64,000 nucleotides of DNA from Camelus dromedarius (lineage: Eukaryota). The position numbers and the translations under genes were made by a program. Under the pieces are notes generated by a model. That model made no database searches. It saw only the letters and a list, made by a program, of their open reading frames with translations, and had not been told where the DNA came from. Where the stretch lies: assembly GCF_036321535.1 (NCBI RefSeq), contig NC_087436.1, forward strand, positions 32,304,001 to 32,368,000. Reading direction: 5' to 3'. Position 1 is the first letter of the stretch. Every line of letters starts with the position of its first letter. Positions 41,848 through 58,660 of this stretch are shown one piece after another.

Positions 41848-43775
41848 TTACATTTGTTCAAATGAAAAATATTTAGTATTAAGAAGTATTTTGTTTAGTA
41901 GTTGGTTAGGTAAGACATGAACTCAGAGTCTCTAAACACTTGTGAGAATGTCTAGCAACCTCGCCAAATTCCCAAGTCACAAATTCAACCGCAACATACA
42001 ACTTCCCCCTGAAAAAGCAATAAAGTGTATTAGGAAATTTTAAGTAACCACCAGACCCTTCACAAAGAGCCATCTTCTATTGGGTAAATATAGAGCAAAC
42101 ATGCTGAGGTATAGATGCTGTGCAGCAGGCTAAGCACACTCACTACCTAAGTGACGTGCTCAGGTAGAGCAAAATCATAACTATAAAATCTCAGACTTTT
42201 GAAGTTGACTGAAAGATGTGGAGAATTTGGTGAACTACAGAGCAGATTATATAACTGATATAAAATAATGTAATGTGTGTGTTTAGAGAAGGGAAAAGTT
42301 ATTTTTGGCTAGAGGAATCAGAAGCTTCATGAAAAGGCTTGAGTCTTTTAGGGGAAAGGGAAGTTAGGGTCTTGTCTTCCATATAAAGAGTATGATCAAA
42401 GGCAAGATGGTGAGGAACACAGAGTCTGGTAGGGAAACAGCCAACATACTTCAGCTAGGCTGGTCAATAGAACACATGTGGTCAGGGATAGGGGAGATAG
42501 GGAGGGCTAGAAAGATTGATCAGGATCAGATTTGAGGGAATTACTAAAGAGACCTGAGCAAAGAACTGTCATTGTCAAAAAAGTGATTCAATGAAGCTAA
42601 ATTGATAGTACTTTCTTTATAAGATTGATTAGAGAGGGTGCTATTTGAGGTAGGGAAACCAGTTAATAAGTAGTAGTCCAGCTGAGAGTTATAAGGCCCT
42701 GACCTAGGTCATAACAATGGAAACATTATTAGGTAGAAAAATAAATCTTTTCCCACCTTTAGGTTTCACTGTCTGTAGTTTTTGTTTTGTTTTTTTTTTA
42801 ATTTGAGTCTTTGAAGCTAACTTTATCAGCTTCACTCTTTGGTAGTTGCTTTAAATTTGAGTAAGCTTTTAAACTTAATTTTATAATTCAAATGACTTAC
42901 AGAATACATATATATATGTGTATGTGTGTGTGTGTGTGTGTATATATATACACTGAATGACTAATGTGTCCAGGAAATGAACCAGAGCATATTTCTGGCC
43001 CTCAGTTAACCAACTGATTTATGAAGAAAACAGACTGCTAAACAAGTAATCATAGTACAACGAAAAAGTACATGTTACTGAAAGATGAAGTATATTCTGG
43101 GGTAAGACTGGGAATCAGGAAGAGCTTCTCATAGGAAGTAACTCTAATCTGGAACCAGAAGGGCAAGCTGTTATTTGGGCTATGTAAAAGGGGATGAGGG
43201 GCACTAGATGGATGCTGGCACCTGACAGAGCTAGAGCCCAGTTCAAGCCTTTGGCAGGTTTTAAGCAGGAGAAAGCAGAGGTCAGATTTAGGAAGATCAC
43301 TCTAGTTATGGTGTGGAAAAAAACTGTTAAGAAAAAGAGTAAGGAGAGAAAATACTAGATGAGAAAGCAAGCAGGAGGCCATTTCAGTACACTCTAGAAA
43401 GCAAAGGTAAAATAGGTTCGTGGTACTGGGGATGGAAAGAAGAGAAAATGAAAAGTATTTTCCAAATTAGCTATCTTCACCAACTTAATAGCAGAATAAG
43501 GCATTTATAGTTGAGATTTAAGTTCTATAATCAACTTTTAATAAAATATCAAATCTAATACCTGAGATATAACTGTGGAGTAAGTAGTATAATCATGCCT
43601 ATATAAATCATACAAAAAATAATATCATTACTTCATAATTGGAACAGAAGTTTAGAGTCTGTTTATGCTTTCCTCAGAACTAAAATTAATTCCACACCTA
43701 AAGTGAATTTTTAAACAACCAGATTCCCTAGATCTTTTTATCCCCCCAACACTGTACAACACCCTTCAGTGCTCA

Positions 43776-44108
<333 letters not shown>

Positions 44109-45949
44109 TTATTTATTCTTATGTATTTATATTTTAACACATGCAAATTTACAACAGGCAGCCAGACTTCATGTTTTCTTTTAAAAGACTAGTTAGCTAA
44201 GTAAAACAATGGAATAAATTGATGAAATTAGAATAGTGCTAACATTATTTATTCTACATATTAATTGCCTAAATCTTATTTTTATAAAGTTCTATCCGTT
44301 TTACAGCATATAGTCTTTATTGAATTTCAATTATTTAACAATTTTGAAGTCCAGAAAAGAATACCTTATTTATCTGACAGAACTTAAAACTGTTAAAATA
44401 TTTATGGGAGAATACTTTTTCTATACTGTCAAGTTTTAGTTAAGTTACCACTAATGATATAAGGAAAAATAAATTTATACTTTCCCTTCTTAGAAAAAAA
44501 AATTACAATAGAACTTAAAGCATACATTTTTTAAAAAAGCAATGTAAAAGAATTTAGCCTAATACTAGGCTCTTGTATTACCAAAATCTTAAATGTTACT
44601 TATTTTCACAGGTTATCTAATTTATGAATATATTAGAAAAATACATTTTTATAAAAATACATGTTTTGATTAATTTAAATAAATACCAATTCAACTGAAA
44701 TTTTCTGTTTTAGAAACTGATTTTTACATATAAGTACATATCGTTATAAGAAGTGCTTAAATACATATTTTTAGAATCCAGAACCATTCTTATATAGTGA
44801 TAAAAATATTATTTTATTACTAAAGTGACCAAGTTATAATCTGTTTTTTCAAAATTTAATTCATATAAAGACATACTGACATAATTAGCTCCTAGATGAA
44901 ACCTTGTCAAAGTATACAAAAATTCATTTTATCAATGGTTATGATCATGTGCAAAGAACCAGATGCCATAGGAATGCCAAGCTGTGAAAAACAGAATTCT
45001 GGCCCCCAAAGAGCTTATGTCCACTGTCCTACCACATCCTCTTAGAGCTCTAAGTCCGTAAGGTAGCTTTTTCTTTATGGAAAATATGTTATCTTCTGTC
45101 AAAACAGATTATATTCATGCTTCATTATAAAAAAGCCCATTTATCCTTATATTTGTTTCCAACCCTCATTCCAGTCTATTTATGATCACATAATTCCCTG
45201 ATTATTTATTTTGGCCTGGAATGGAAGTTTGAATTCTCAAGTCCACTTCAGTTGGTTCTTTTATATAGAAGTTACTGATGTAGGTTCTTGGACAGAGGTT
45301 ACTTTTAACAGTGGACTCAGTCAAATTGTTCAACCACTTTCAATGAAAATAGGCTTAAGATGGCTTTGAGTAAGAGAGAGAGAGAGAATGAGAATGTTTA
45401 TTATTATTTAAGTTGCAAGCCATTTCTTACTTAGGATGAGTTGTTTGAGAAAAATAAAATACACTGGAGTATTATATTTCTTGGGTACATAATATCTGAT
45501 GAGATATCTTATAAACATAATTCTCACAGCAATTCTGCATGGAAGAAATTAGATAATTTTCTCACTTTATAAATGAGATAACTGATATTTAGCGAGGCCA
45601 AGGCCATACAGTTAGTAAATGGCAAGTTACAATTCCAACCTACGTCTGTATGACTCCAAAGTCAGAGTTTTTCTATTAAGCTCATGCTGCCTCTCACTAC
45701 AACTAAATAAATTCTTTGGTTTTTAACCACCTGTAGACAGGGTAAAAATGATGCACCTAGTTCTGAATTCATTGCTTGGTTCCAGAATAAGAATTCTTGA
45801 ACTATTAAGTCTAGACTTCGATTTTTCACAAGGTTTCACAAAGTATATTCTAACCTATCCTTCACAGGATATAGGTTTGCCTCTACCCCACCTTGCTTTT
45901 CCTCCAAACCTTTTTCATGTTATGACCACAAACAATAAGTGAATTCTAA

Positions 45950-46675
45950 CTCTACCTCTCCAGCACTTACCAACTCCCTACTTCTCCACTTACAGTTCTA
46001 ATAGTCATCACAAATTTAACATGTCCAAGTTAGAACTTCTGATTTCTTATCCATGATATCCAATTTATTAACAAGTCTTCTTTCAACTTCTAAATTATGT
46101 CTCAAATCCATTAGAACTTCTTTCCATCTCCACTGCCAGCACCTCAAAGTTGTCTTTTTCCCCCTGTGTTATTGCAGTAGCTTCTTACTTGATTTCTCTG
46201 CTGCTGCTCTTGCCCCAGTAAGCCAGAGTAAGCCTTTCAAAACATAAATCAGATCACTTCTCTGCTTAAAATTCTCAAGAGGTTTCCCACGGCACTTACA
46301 GTAAATTCAAAGCAAACTGGCTCTTTGTACTCTGACCCTTGCCTACCTTTCTGACCTCATCTTGTACTACTCTCCCACCAAGGGCTGACACCAGGCTTGT
46401 CATTTAGTCTTCCTTCTCTGAGAATGATTACCTCCAAGTCTTCTCCTTGGTAGCTCCTTCTCATTTTATCATGTCTTTACATCTAACACTGCTCCACCCT
46501 GCACCTACCCCCAGTATTCTTTATCCCATTTCATTTTCCTCATGGCATTGATAAGTATTTGGAATTATCTTATTGATTTTTTATCTATCTCCCATACTAG
46601 ACTATAAGCTCTATGAAAGCAAGAACCTCGTTTTTTGTTGCTGTCCTCCCAGTGTTTAGGGTCAAAAATCTATGG
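45950..46675. mobile_element. L2 LINE remnant
   Basis: aaacataaatcagatca and actagactataagctctatgaaagcaag L2 3' motifs. Confidence 0.7.
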
Positions 46676-47125
46676 AATGAACCAAACCCACACACAATAT
46701 AGATTACAGAAATGCAAAAAAACTGACTTCAAAGTTCATCATTTTAAAAGACAGGAAAGAAAGTGTACCTTCAAGTTACCTATACTACACATTGCAAAAA
46801 TAAAAATAGTAGTGTTTAATTTCACAAAGTAAGTAAATGTACTTTAAAAAGGTAAACATTTTATCCTTTCTTTGGTTACACTTTGACAAATATAATATCT
46901 CTTCAATCAGCCTATTAAAATTTCTTATTTATCTTTTCATCAGATATTTAAAATGCATAAAGCTTAAAATAAAAATTCAAGATAACACGCCTACCACAGT
47001 TTTATAATAGAATTTTTCTTCCAGTAACACTTGAATATTTAACTTAAAAACTGAAGACTACCAAATCTTAAGACTGCTGAAAATTCAGTATAAAGACTGG
47101 AAAAATAAAGGTAACACATACTTAC

Positions 47126-47153
47126 ATTTGGTCCTTGGGTTTCCTGCAGCCAT
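47126..47153 (-). CDS. ABHD18: ABHD18 coding exon 6 (28-nt microexon; YGCRKPKDQI)
   Basis: Needed to restore the frame and the recalled conserved YGCRKPKDQ. Donor |gtaagt. Confidence 0.92.
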
Positions 47154-48949
<1,796 letters not shown>

Positions 48950-48977
48950 TTAAAGAATATAATAACCGTATCTGTTA

Positions 48978-49142
<165 letters not shown>

Positions 49143-49240
49143 TTAAAAGCTTTTAATACAAACTTTCAATTCATAACAGTTTCATAATTAAATTACTTGA
49201 GAGAAAAGATTGTTCAGAATTTTGATATCAAATTCTAACT

Positions 49241-49271
49241 GTGCTTGCTTCAGCAGCACATATACCAAAAT
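49241..49271 (+). pseudogene. 3'-truncated U6 snRNA pseudogene fragment
   Basis: gtgcttgcttcagcagcacatataccaaaat vs U6 5' end GTGCTCGCTTCGGCAGCACATATACTAAAAT (3 mismatches). Flanked by tctaact / tctaatt. Confidence 0.85.
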
Positions 49272-49604
49272 CTAATTGACTCATTAAAGTAGTGTTTGCC
49301 CAAAGGCAACTAAGATATTGTAAATTTGCTCTGTGTTAGGGTATTAATATATTCAATTACAATATAAGCACATAATTTATTGTAATAATTTTTACCTTAC
49401 TCAGTACCACAACTTTATAAACGCATAATGAAATGTTCTTATTTTGTAAAGATCAATGTATATGATTAAGTCTTAGAAAAACAACTCTTTAGATAGTCTG
49501 CTTTATCTCCTTGCAGGAATAATGCTTGGCTGTACAAGCTGTGATTTAAAGTCGTTCATGTTACCTTTTTTGTCTTTCAGCTTGGGGTCTATGACAAGAT
49601 CTGA

Positions 49605-52600
49605 CTTACCTATTGGCCACTATATGTCTTCTTTGAAAAAAATCTGTTCAGTTCTTCTGCCCATTTTTTAACCCATTATTTGTTTTTTCGCTATTGAGTT
49701 GTGAGTTCTTTGTATATTTTGGATATTAACCCTTTAGATTAATAATTTGTAAATATTTTCTCCCACTTCACAGGTTGCCTTTTCATTTTGTTGTTTTCCA
49801 TTGCTATGTAGAAGCTTTTTAGTTTGATGTAGTCCCATTTTTTTTTTTTTTAATGCTGGCCAGCACCACCTGCAGGTACACCATGTTCAACCCTGCACTT
49901 CCATAATGGGCTGTGCGTCTCCAGCGTGTGAAGGTGCCACAGAGGGTCGTTGGGCGCCCCTGGCGAGTGGGCACTGAGACATATGCACCTGCCCGCTGAC
50001 ACTGCAGCAGCAGCAGCTGCAGCCGCCACCAGCGCAGCACCCCTGTGAACCCGGCCTCCTCCCACCCTAGAGCCCACAACCTCTAACTGCTTGCCCCGCG
50101 CGTCTCCCCTCCGCCTGCATGGCTGCCTGGGGCCAATCCACTGTTTTATTTTTGCCTTTGTTGCATTTGCTTTCGAGTCATATCCCAAAAAATCACTGCC
50201 AAGACCTGTGTCTAGGAGTTTACTGCCTATGTTTTCTTCCAGGACTTACTTGTGGTAATATGTTAAATAAAAGTGATCAAAATGGGCACCCTTATTTTGT
50301 TCCTGATCTCAGAGAAAAGACTTTTCAGCTTTTTATTTTTGAGTATGATATTAGCTGTGGGCTTGACATATATAGTCTTTATTATGTTCAGCTATGTTTC
50401 CTCTGTACCCAGCCTGTTGAGAGTTTTTACCATGAATGGCTGTTGAATTCTGTCATGCTTTTTTGTCTATTGAGATCATCATCTTATTTTTATCCTTCAT
50501 TTTTAAAATGAGGTGTATGACACTGATTGATTTGCAGATATTGGACCATCTTTGCATCCCTGGGATAAATCCCATTTGATCATGGTGTATAATCCTTTTA
50601 GTATATTGTTAAATTCAGTTTGCCAATATTTTGTTGAGGATTTTTGCATCTATATTCATCAGGAATACTGACATGTAATTTTCTTTTGGGGGAGGGTATC
50701 CTGTTTTGGTATCAGGGTTATACTGTCCTGGTAAAATAAGTTAGTAAGTGTTCCCTCCTCTTCAGTATTTTGGAAGAGTTCGAGAAAGACTGTATTAATT
50801 CTTCTTTAAATGTTTCTTTACATGTAGAATTCACCAGTGTAGCCATCTGTGGTGTTTTCTGGGGGGGTGGATTATTGGGTTTTTATTGATTTATTTATAT
50901 GGAGGCACTGGGGATTGAACCCAGGACCTCATTCATGCTAGGCACACACTTTACCACGGAGCTATACCCACCCGCCACCCAACCCCCCACCAGCCATCTG
51001 GTCCTAGACTTTTCTTTTTTGGGAAATTTTTGATTATTGATTCAATATCCTTATCAGTAGTTGGTCTGCTCAGATTTTTGGTTTCTTCTTGATTCAGTTT
51101 TGGTAGGTTGTATGTCCCTAGGAATTTATCCATTTCTTCTGGGTTGTCCAAGTGGTTGGCAGATAATTGTTCATAGCAGTCTCATGATCATTTGTATTTG
51201 TGTAATATCAGTTGTAATGGCTCCTCTTTCATTTCTAATTTTATTTATTTGAGTCCTCTCTGAGTTATTCATAGTGAGTCTAGCTGAAAGTTTGTCTGTT
51301 TGTTTATCTTTGCAAAACCCAACTCCTAGTTTCATGGATCTTTTCTGTTATTTTTATAGTCTTTATTTCATTTATTTCCACTCTCTATGTTATTTCCTTC
51401 TTTCTACTAACCTGGGCTTAGTTTGTTTTTTTCTAGTTCCTTGAGGAGTAAAGTTAGGTTGTTTATTTGAGATCTTTTTTTTTTTTTTTAATGTAGGTGT
51501 TTATTGTTATGGATTTCTCTCTTAAACCACTTTTGCTGTATCTCGTAAGTTTTGGTATGTTGTATTTCCATTTTCATTTGTCTCAAGGTATTTTTTAAAT
51601 TTATTTTTTGATTTCTTCTGTGACTCATTAGTTGTTCAGTAACATGTTGTTTAATCTCCATATATTTTTGAATTTTCCAGTCTTCTCCTTTTAATTGGTT
51701 TCTAGTTTCATACCAACGTGACCGGAAAAGATGCTTGATGTAATTTCAATCTTTGTAAATTTATTAAGGCTAGTTTTGTGACCTAACATATGATCTAGCT
51801 TGGAGAATGTTTCTTGTGCACTTGAAAAAAAAAATTCTGCTGCTGTTGGATACAATGTTCTGTAAATTTCTTTTAAGTCTGTCTGGTCTAACATGTGTCT
51901 TGATTCCAAAGTTTCCTTACTGATTTTCTGCCTGAATGATCTATTTATTGTTTAAAGTGGGGTACTGAAGTTCCCTACTATTATTATATCTCTGTCTGTT
52001 TCTCCTTTCAGATCTGTTAATATGCTTTATATATTTAGTCCTATGTTGGGTACATAAATACAAATGTTATATGGTCTTCCTGGATTGACCCCTTTATCAT
52101 TATATTATGACCTTCTTTGTCCTTTATTCCAATCTTTGTCTTAAAGTTTATTTTGAATGAAATAAGTAGAGCTACCTCTGCTTTCTTTTGGTTCCTATTT
52201 GCATGGAATATCTTTTTTTATTCCTTCACTTTCAGTCTGTGTATGTCCTTATATCTGATGTGAGTTTCTTGTAGGTAACATACATTTTGGGGCCTTGTTT
52301 TTTATCCTTCCAGCCACTCTATATCTTTTGATTGGAGAATTTAGTCCTTTACATCAAAAGTGATTATTGATAGGTATGGACCTACTATTGCAATTCTATT
52401 AACTGTTTGCTGGCTGTTTTATAATTCTTTTGTTCCTTTCTTCTATTTGTCTCTTCCTTTGTGATTTGATGATTTTCTGCAATAGTATGCTTACATTTCT
52501 TCATCTTTATCTTTTATCTATTTATTACAGGTTTTAGCTTTGTGGTTACCATGAGGCTTATATAAAACATATTTATAATAGTCTATTTTAAGCTGATAAC

Positions 52601-52620
52601 AACAGGTTCAAATGCATACT
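49605..52620 (-). mobile_element. Large decayed L1 ORF2 fragment with nested insertions
   Basis: Minus-strand peptides EEMDKFLGTYNLPKLNQEE, FSKLDHMLGHKTSLNKF and KANATKAKI are typical of L1 ORF2. Confidence 0.92.
50850..50991 (-). mobile_element. tRNA-derived SINE (Vic-1-like) nested in L1
   Basis: Same core. TSD agccatctg at 50841-50849 and 50992-51000. Confidence 0.85.
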
Positions 52621-52785
52621 AAAGCTCTATATTTTTATTCTCCAAGATACCACATTTAATGGGAATTAATGCTAAATAATTATTGTAATTAATACTAAGT
52701 AATCTGAAGTAATATGGCATTGCTATTATAATTTTAAATGAACATAAATAACCTACTACTTTAACTCTCTGAATAAAAATTCTTA

Positions 52786-52887
<102 letters not shown>

Positions 52888-53989
52888 CTAAAAGAAAAGC
52901 AAACCCAAGATGTATACACCAGGGCTAAGATATCTTAGTCTATAACAGATGTTTTCCTATATATAAAAAAAGTTCTATTCGATTAAAACTTTTTTTTCAG
53001 TGCCTACTATGTACCCTTTTGCCCCATTCTGCTTTCCAAAGACATGTCTCCTATGTACTCACATTTATTTTCCTTCTATATCCTTTACTATAGTCTAGTT
53101 GGGAAAATAAAGTATAAATAAACCTCACTTGTATAATGACATGCAGTAACAAAGTAAAATACTAGTTACAAGAATTCAACAATATACAAAAAAATACAAA
53201 AACAATTTACCAACAAATTGTAAAAATAATTTACCACAATCAAATAAGGGTTGACATCATATATGTTAGAATGGCTCATTTTCAGGTAATCTACCGATGT
53301 AATGAGTCATGTCATTACATATGAGTAATGAGTAATGAGTCACATATTAAAAAGGAGAAATGTGATATTTACATATATAGCAAAGACATTTACTAATATT
53401 CAACACCTAAACTTTTTTCACCTCAAATAGTTTTTTTTTTTTAAATAAAAAAATCTTTACCAGACCAAAATTAAATTAGCAGGAAAACACCACATATTTT
53501 CATTAAAACCTAGAACAAAAAAATTGTATCTTTGGAAGCTAAATATCTCCAGCTTTTAAAAAACACAAATTCTAACCAGTTGTGTCAACATCATTTATTA
53601 AATAATCCATATTTTTTGGCAAATGACTTAAAACCCAAATATACATTCTTCCCAAAATAATTTTAGGATTATTTTATGGACCTTAAGTCTAAGTTGAGTA
53701 TTTAGTTGGAATTGCATTGCATTGTTTTGAAAATGGTAAGGAGACTTAAGATGTATATGATATGAAATTTTTAATCCAAGAAGTCTTTACATTTTACTCA
53801 TCTTTGTGCCTCCTACAGTTTCAAAGTTTTCTTTTTATGTATTTTAGAAGAATTAATTATTTGGCAAAGGAAGTAGCACAAACTAATGTGAAAAGGAATA
53901 TTAATTCAACAGTGTTGGGATAAATGGCAAATTTGTAAAAAAAAAAAAAAAGTTTTTAGAGCCATATATAATATAGATACAAAAATTAA

Positions 53990-54815
53990 GCTTCAACTCA
54001 ACACTAAAAATGGGCAAGGATTTCATAGATATTTCTGAAAAGAAGACATACAAATGGCCAATAAGCATATGAAAAGATGCTCAACATCATAGTCATTAGG
54101 GAAAGGCATATCAAAGTCACAGTAAAATACACTTCACACCCACTAGGATGGCAAGGACAAGTACAAATATTAATAAGAATGTGGATAAACTGAAAGCTTT
54201 ATGCACTGCTTGTGGGAAAGTAAAATGGTGTACTTTGGGAAAGTTGCCAAAAAGCTAAACAGAGTGACCCTGTGACTGAGTAATTCCACTCCTAGATACA
54301 TAGCCAAGAGAAATGAAAACATACATCCACAAAAACACTGGTACGTTAATATGCACAGCATTATTATTCATAATAGTTAAAAAGCAGAAACAACTCAAAT
54401 GCCCATCAAATGATAAATGGATAAACAAAATGTTGTATATCCATACAATGGAATATTATTTAGCCATAAAAAGGAAGGAAGTACTGGTACATCCTAAAAC
54501 ATGGATGAATCTTGAAAATTTGCTAAGTGAAATAAGCCAAACACAAAAGGCCACATGCTGAATGATTCCATTTATATGAAATGTCTAGAACGGGTAAATC
54601 CAAAGAGATAGCAGATTAGTGACTGCCAACAGGTGGGAGGCTGAGGAAGTGGGGGTGAGCTAAAGGGTACAGGGTTTCTTTTGGGGTGCAGTAAAAATAT
54701 CCTGGAATTAGGCAGTGATAGTTGCACATGTTGGGAATGTAATAATAAAAAACAACAACACTGAATTGTATACTTTAAAAAGGTGATTTTTTAATGTATG
54801 TGAAATATATCTCAA
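53990..54815 (+). mobile_element. L1M-type 3' fragment
   Basis: KCPSNDKWINKMLYIHTMEYYLAIK peptide followed by L1MB-like 3'UTR. Confidence 0.85.
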
Positions 54816-55944
54816 TCTCTAAAAACAGAGAGAAGAGACAGACAGATAAGGCTAGGAGAGGAAAGAGGAGAGGAAGAATATATACAAGAAAGCATTCTAA
54901 AGTCCCAACAGTAATTCCTTCTTGGTAGGAAAATGAAATTAGGGGGTGGAAAGTGGCAGATTAGAGTTTTGATCTTTACTTGGTGTGCTTTACATTTGTT
55001 TATTTTAAGCCTATGATTTTTTAATAGAAAAAAAGAAACAGAGAAAATGGAAATATTTAGCAAAATTTGAGGGAGAAATGTCCTAAATCCAGAAGATACA
55101 GAGGGAGCAGCCATATGGTATAGAGAAGGTATTTCCAAATTATAAAATTTTGTTCTTAGCAGTGAAAAGTCTTGAAGAACACAGTCTTCTAAAGGTATCC
55201 AATATATAAAAGATGTGAAAGTAGAGTTATTTTGGCTGAAGGCAGTGGGATGTGAAGCCCAACAATTTGCAACCCCCCTCAATAATACTTTAAGCATCCA
55301 ATTACATAAACCTAGAAATATTTTACAGAAAAACATATGCTTGCTTAAAAACTATTTCAAATATATTTTCTCATATTCTCTAATTTTATAGCATTTTCTT
55401 TCTATCCTTCTCTCAGCAATTAACTATATCCCGTAACATATCTCTGGTATTATTTAACAGTTGTTTTGATAATAGCTTCTCCTGTGCTGATTCTCCAACT
55501 AGAGTGCTTCCCTGTATTAATTTTTTTTTAAGGAGGAAAATAGTAAAGGAGTTTATTAGGGGTAACCTGCCATCGACAACAGTGGGCCATACAGATGAGA
55601 GGTGCCTATGTGAGCCCTTCCCTGTGTTACTTATAATTCTTCTGAAACACTGAATAATTTACTTTAACCCTCCTGAGCCTAAAAATAAAAGATGAGGCTC
55701 AAAAAGATCCAGCCCTAAATATTTTCTTATATCTAGGTAAGTATTAAATATATGCTCCCAAATATAAATGTATATATATTTAATATAAGCATTCAGTTAG
55801 GATACATAGCATTTAAAAAATATTAAATGAAAAATCTATATTGTACTTATGTTTTAGAGTTCATTGTTATCTTACTATACCATTCAACCTACTCTTGTCA
55901 CATAGTTATATTAAACCTGAATTTCTATAATCGCATTTCTTTCA

Positions 55945-56070
<126 letters not shown>

Positions 56071-56690
56071 TCAGTATTTATTCCCATTATATTAAGACTG
56101 ATGAAAAGTAATTAAGAATTAGCAACTCCAGTACATAAACTATATTAAAATTTAATTTTAATCATTAAAGAAAAAGATTAGGCTGTTGGGTTTTTTTTTC
56201 AAGCTTGACATTTTGTCTCAGACAAAAAGTGAGAAATATCATTGTTCAGAAAATAATTACGTACATAAGACTCAAAATTAAAGAAACAAATACTGAAAAT
56301 TGATTTTCATAAGTCCAGATATTTCCATGAACTACATTATATCCCAGTTTTATAGTCATTATAAATTAAATTACCCAAGAAAGCTCAGTCCCTGGAAATT
56401 CTAATCAACTTAAAACTTACCAAAGTTAAAAATTTAGTTTGTATTTCTGAAAGCTCTTTATTTTAAAATCTGAATTACTTTAAAAATAGTTCAATTTATG
56501 CTTATACAGGTTAAAACTTAAGAAAAATAATTAGATAATAGAGAAAAAGAAATAATTTCTTTTTTATATAGCAGTTTAACACTTAATTCACCACTTTATA
56601 TTCGTGGTAAAGGACTTTATAACTGATATGAAATTTTAAATGTTTACTAAAACAACAAATTCAGAACAAGCCTTCAGAAAAAAGTGCTTA

Positions 56691-56825
<135 letters not shown>

Positions 56826-56898
56826 TTAATAATTTTTATTTTAGTCAACAGGTCAGTTTTCTAACCATCCCTTTATATATCAGGAAAAAAATTAAAGA

Positions 56899-57088
56899 TT
56901 GATCTACTCTCTTAGCAACTTTCAAATATACAAAACAGTACTGTTAACTATAGTTACCATGCTGTACATTATTAACTAAACTTATTGTGGTACTCATATC
57001 ACAATAGATACATGTATCAAATCATTATGTTGTACACTTTTAAGTAATACAGTGTTGTATATCAATTATACAATTCCTCAATATGATT
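56899..57088. mobile_element. Short 5'-inverted L1 3'-end insertion
   Basis: First half is antisense L1 3'UTR and second half is sense. Flanked by g(g/a)aaaaaattaaaga direct repeats. Confidence 0.7.
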
Positions 57089-58310
57089 GGGAAAAAATTA
57101 AAGAATGAGATTCTGCTAGAACCTTGAATTTATTCTCTTGGAAATAAGATACAGATAGAGAAAAAAAAAAAAAAAACTGCGATGAAAGTAGAGAAGATGA
57201 AGTAGAGCCCTGAGCTTCAGTAAACTGAATCCTCTGCGACAAGATCTTCCCATCCTCAGCACAGTGACTGTAGTGAATACTCAAAATGTGCTGAACAAGA
57301 GGAGTAGCTAATATTTATGTAGTACTATTTTATCTGCCAGGCACCATTAAAAACCACGTGCGCACACACATGCACATACATACTCTCTCTCTCTCTCACA
57401 CATTCTTGTTTAAGCCTCCCAACAATTTTATGAAGGAAGATGTATTACCCCAAGACAAAGAAACTGTGACACAGAGCGTATAGGTGATTTACTTAAGGTC
57501 ACACAGCAAGTGGGAAGCACAGCTAAGATGAATTCCAAGGACAGGAACAGACAAATTATGTAGAGGAAAGGCAAGAGAAAATGATCATATATTCTCTTCT
57601 TTATTTTCTAATTCAAAAATTCTCACTGTAACATTTTAAAATTCAAACAATACAGAAGTATATACAGTAAAATAGGGGAAAATAATCTTCCCATTATCTC
57701 TAATTCTACTTTTCAGAGATATTTAGTGCTAACAGTTTGGATACTGTTCTTTCTGACCTTTCTCTTGTTGATGTTATTTCTTTACCTGTAAACACTTTAC
57801 AAATTTTTACTTGAGTTATGTAACACCTTTTTGGCAAAATTCAAACAATACAAAAATATACAGAGTAAAACTGAGCAGTCTCTCTTCACTTCTGCTAAGC
57901 TTCCCCTCTTCCCAAAAGGTAACTGCTCTTAATGCTGTACACCTGTGAGCACTTGTTCTATCCATTTATACACATACACAGATTTTAGGTGTTTTGGTGT
58001 GTTTTTTTAAACACAGAAGAGACCAACTATATATTAGTATTTTTTGAGGGTTCTTCCTCACTCTGCCTAGTTAAAATACCCACAAAGCTCTTTCAATTTC
58101 AGGATGTATAGGCCTGCCTCATTTTTTTCTATTAATAAGTGAGCTTAGCCAATTTATATTTTTATTATTATGATAATGGTTTGGTTTTAGTTCTTTTTTT
58201 GTTTTATTGAGTCTTTAGTTTTTTTTTACCATTCATATTAAATCACTTTACATTTGAGTGTATGTAAATTTGAAAGAGATTTTATTTGTATATATATATA
58301 TATATATTTA

Positions 58311-58416
58311 GTGGGGAGGTAATTAGGTTTATTTACTTATTTCTTAGTGAAGGTACTGGGGATTGAACACAAGGATGTGTGCTAAGCACTCTACCACTGT
58401 GCTGTACCCTTCCCCT
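58311..58416 (-). mobile_element. tRNA-derived SINE (Vic-1-like)
   Basis: ggggaggtaattaggtttattt...ggtactggggattgaac core. Confidence 0.8.
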
Positions 58417-58444
58417 TGAGAGAGAGAAATATTTAAGATGCAAT

Positions 58445-58660
58445 ATACCATAGTGGTTAAAAGCACATTCTCTAGAGGCAAACTCCCTGAGTTCCTTTAC
58501 TGTGTGATTTTGAGCAAGTCACTTATCCTTTCTGTAACTCATCCATAAAATGAGGATGATGACAGGACTTAACTCGGATTGGTATGAGAAATAAATGTTA
58601 TTATACGTGAAGCACTTAAACAGCACTTAGCAAATTTAAGTGCTATACTTACTAATATTA
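58445..58660 (+). mobile_element. MIR SINE
   Basis: tagtggttaaaagcac...gagcaagtcactt...cataaaatgaggat. Confidence 0.7.

Noticed and set aside
49605..52620. Active L1 or functional reverse transcriptase
   Set aside because: Fragmented ORF2 with stops, an apparent internal deletion near 50225 and nested insertions.
54812..55336. 174-aa minus-strand ORF
   Set aside because: Intronic, low-complexity and hydrophobic from T-richness. No motif or splice support.
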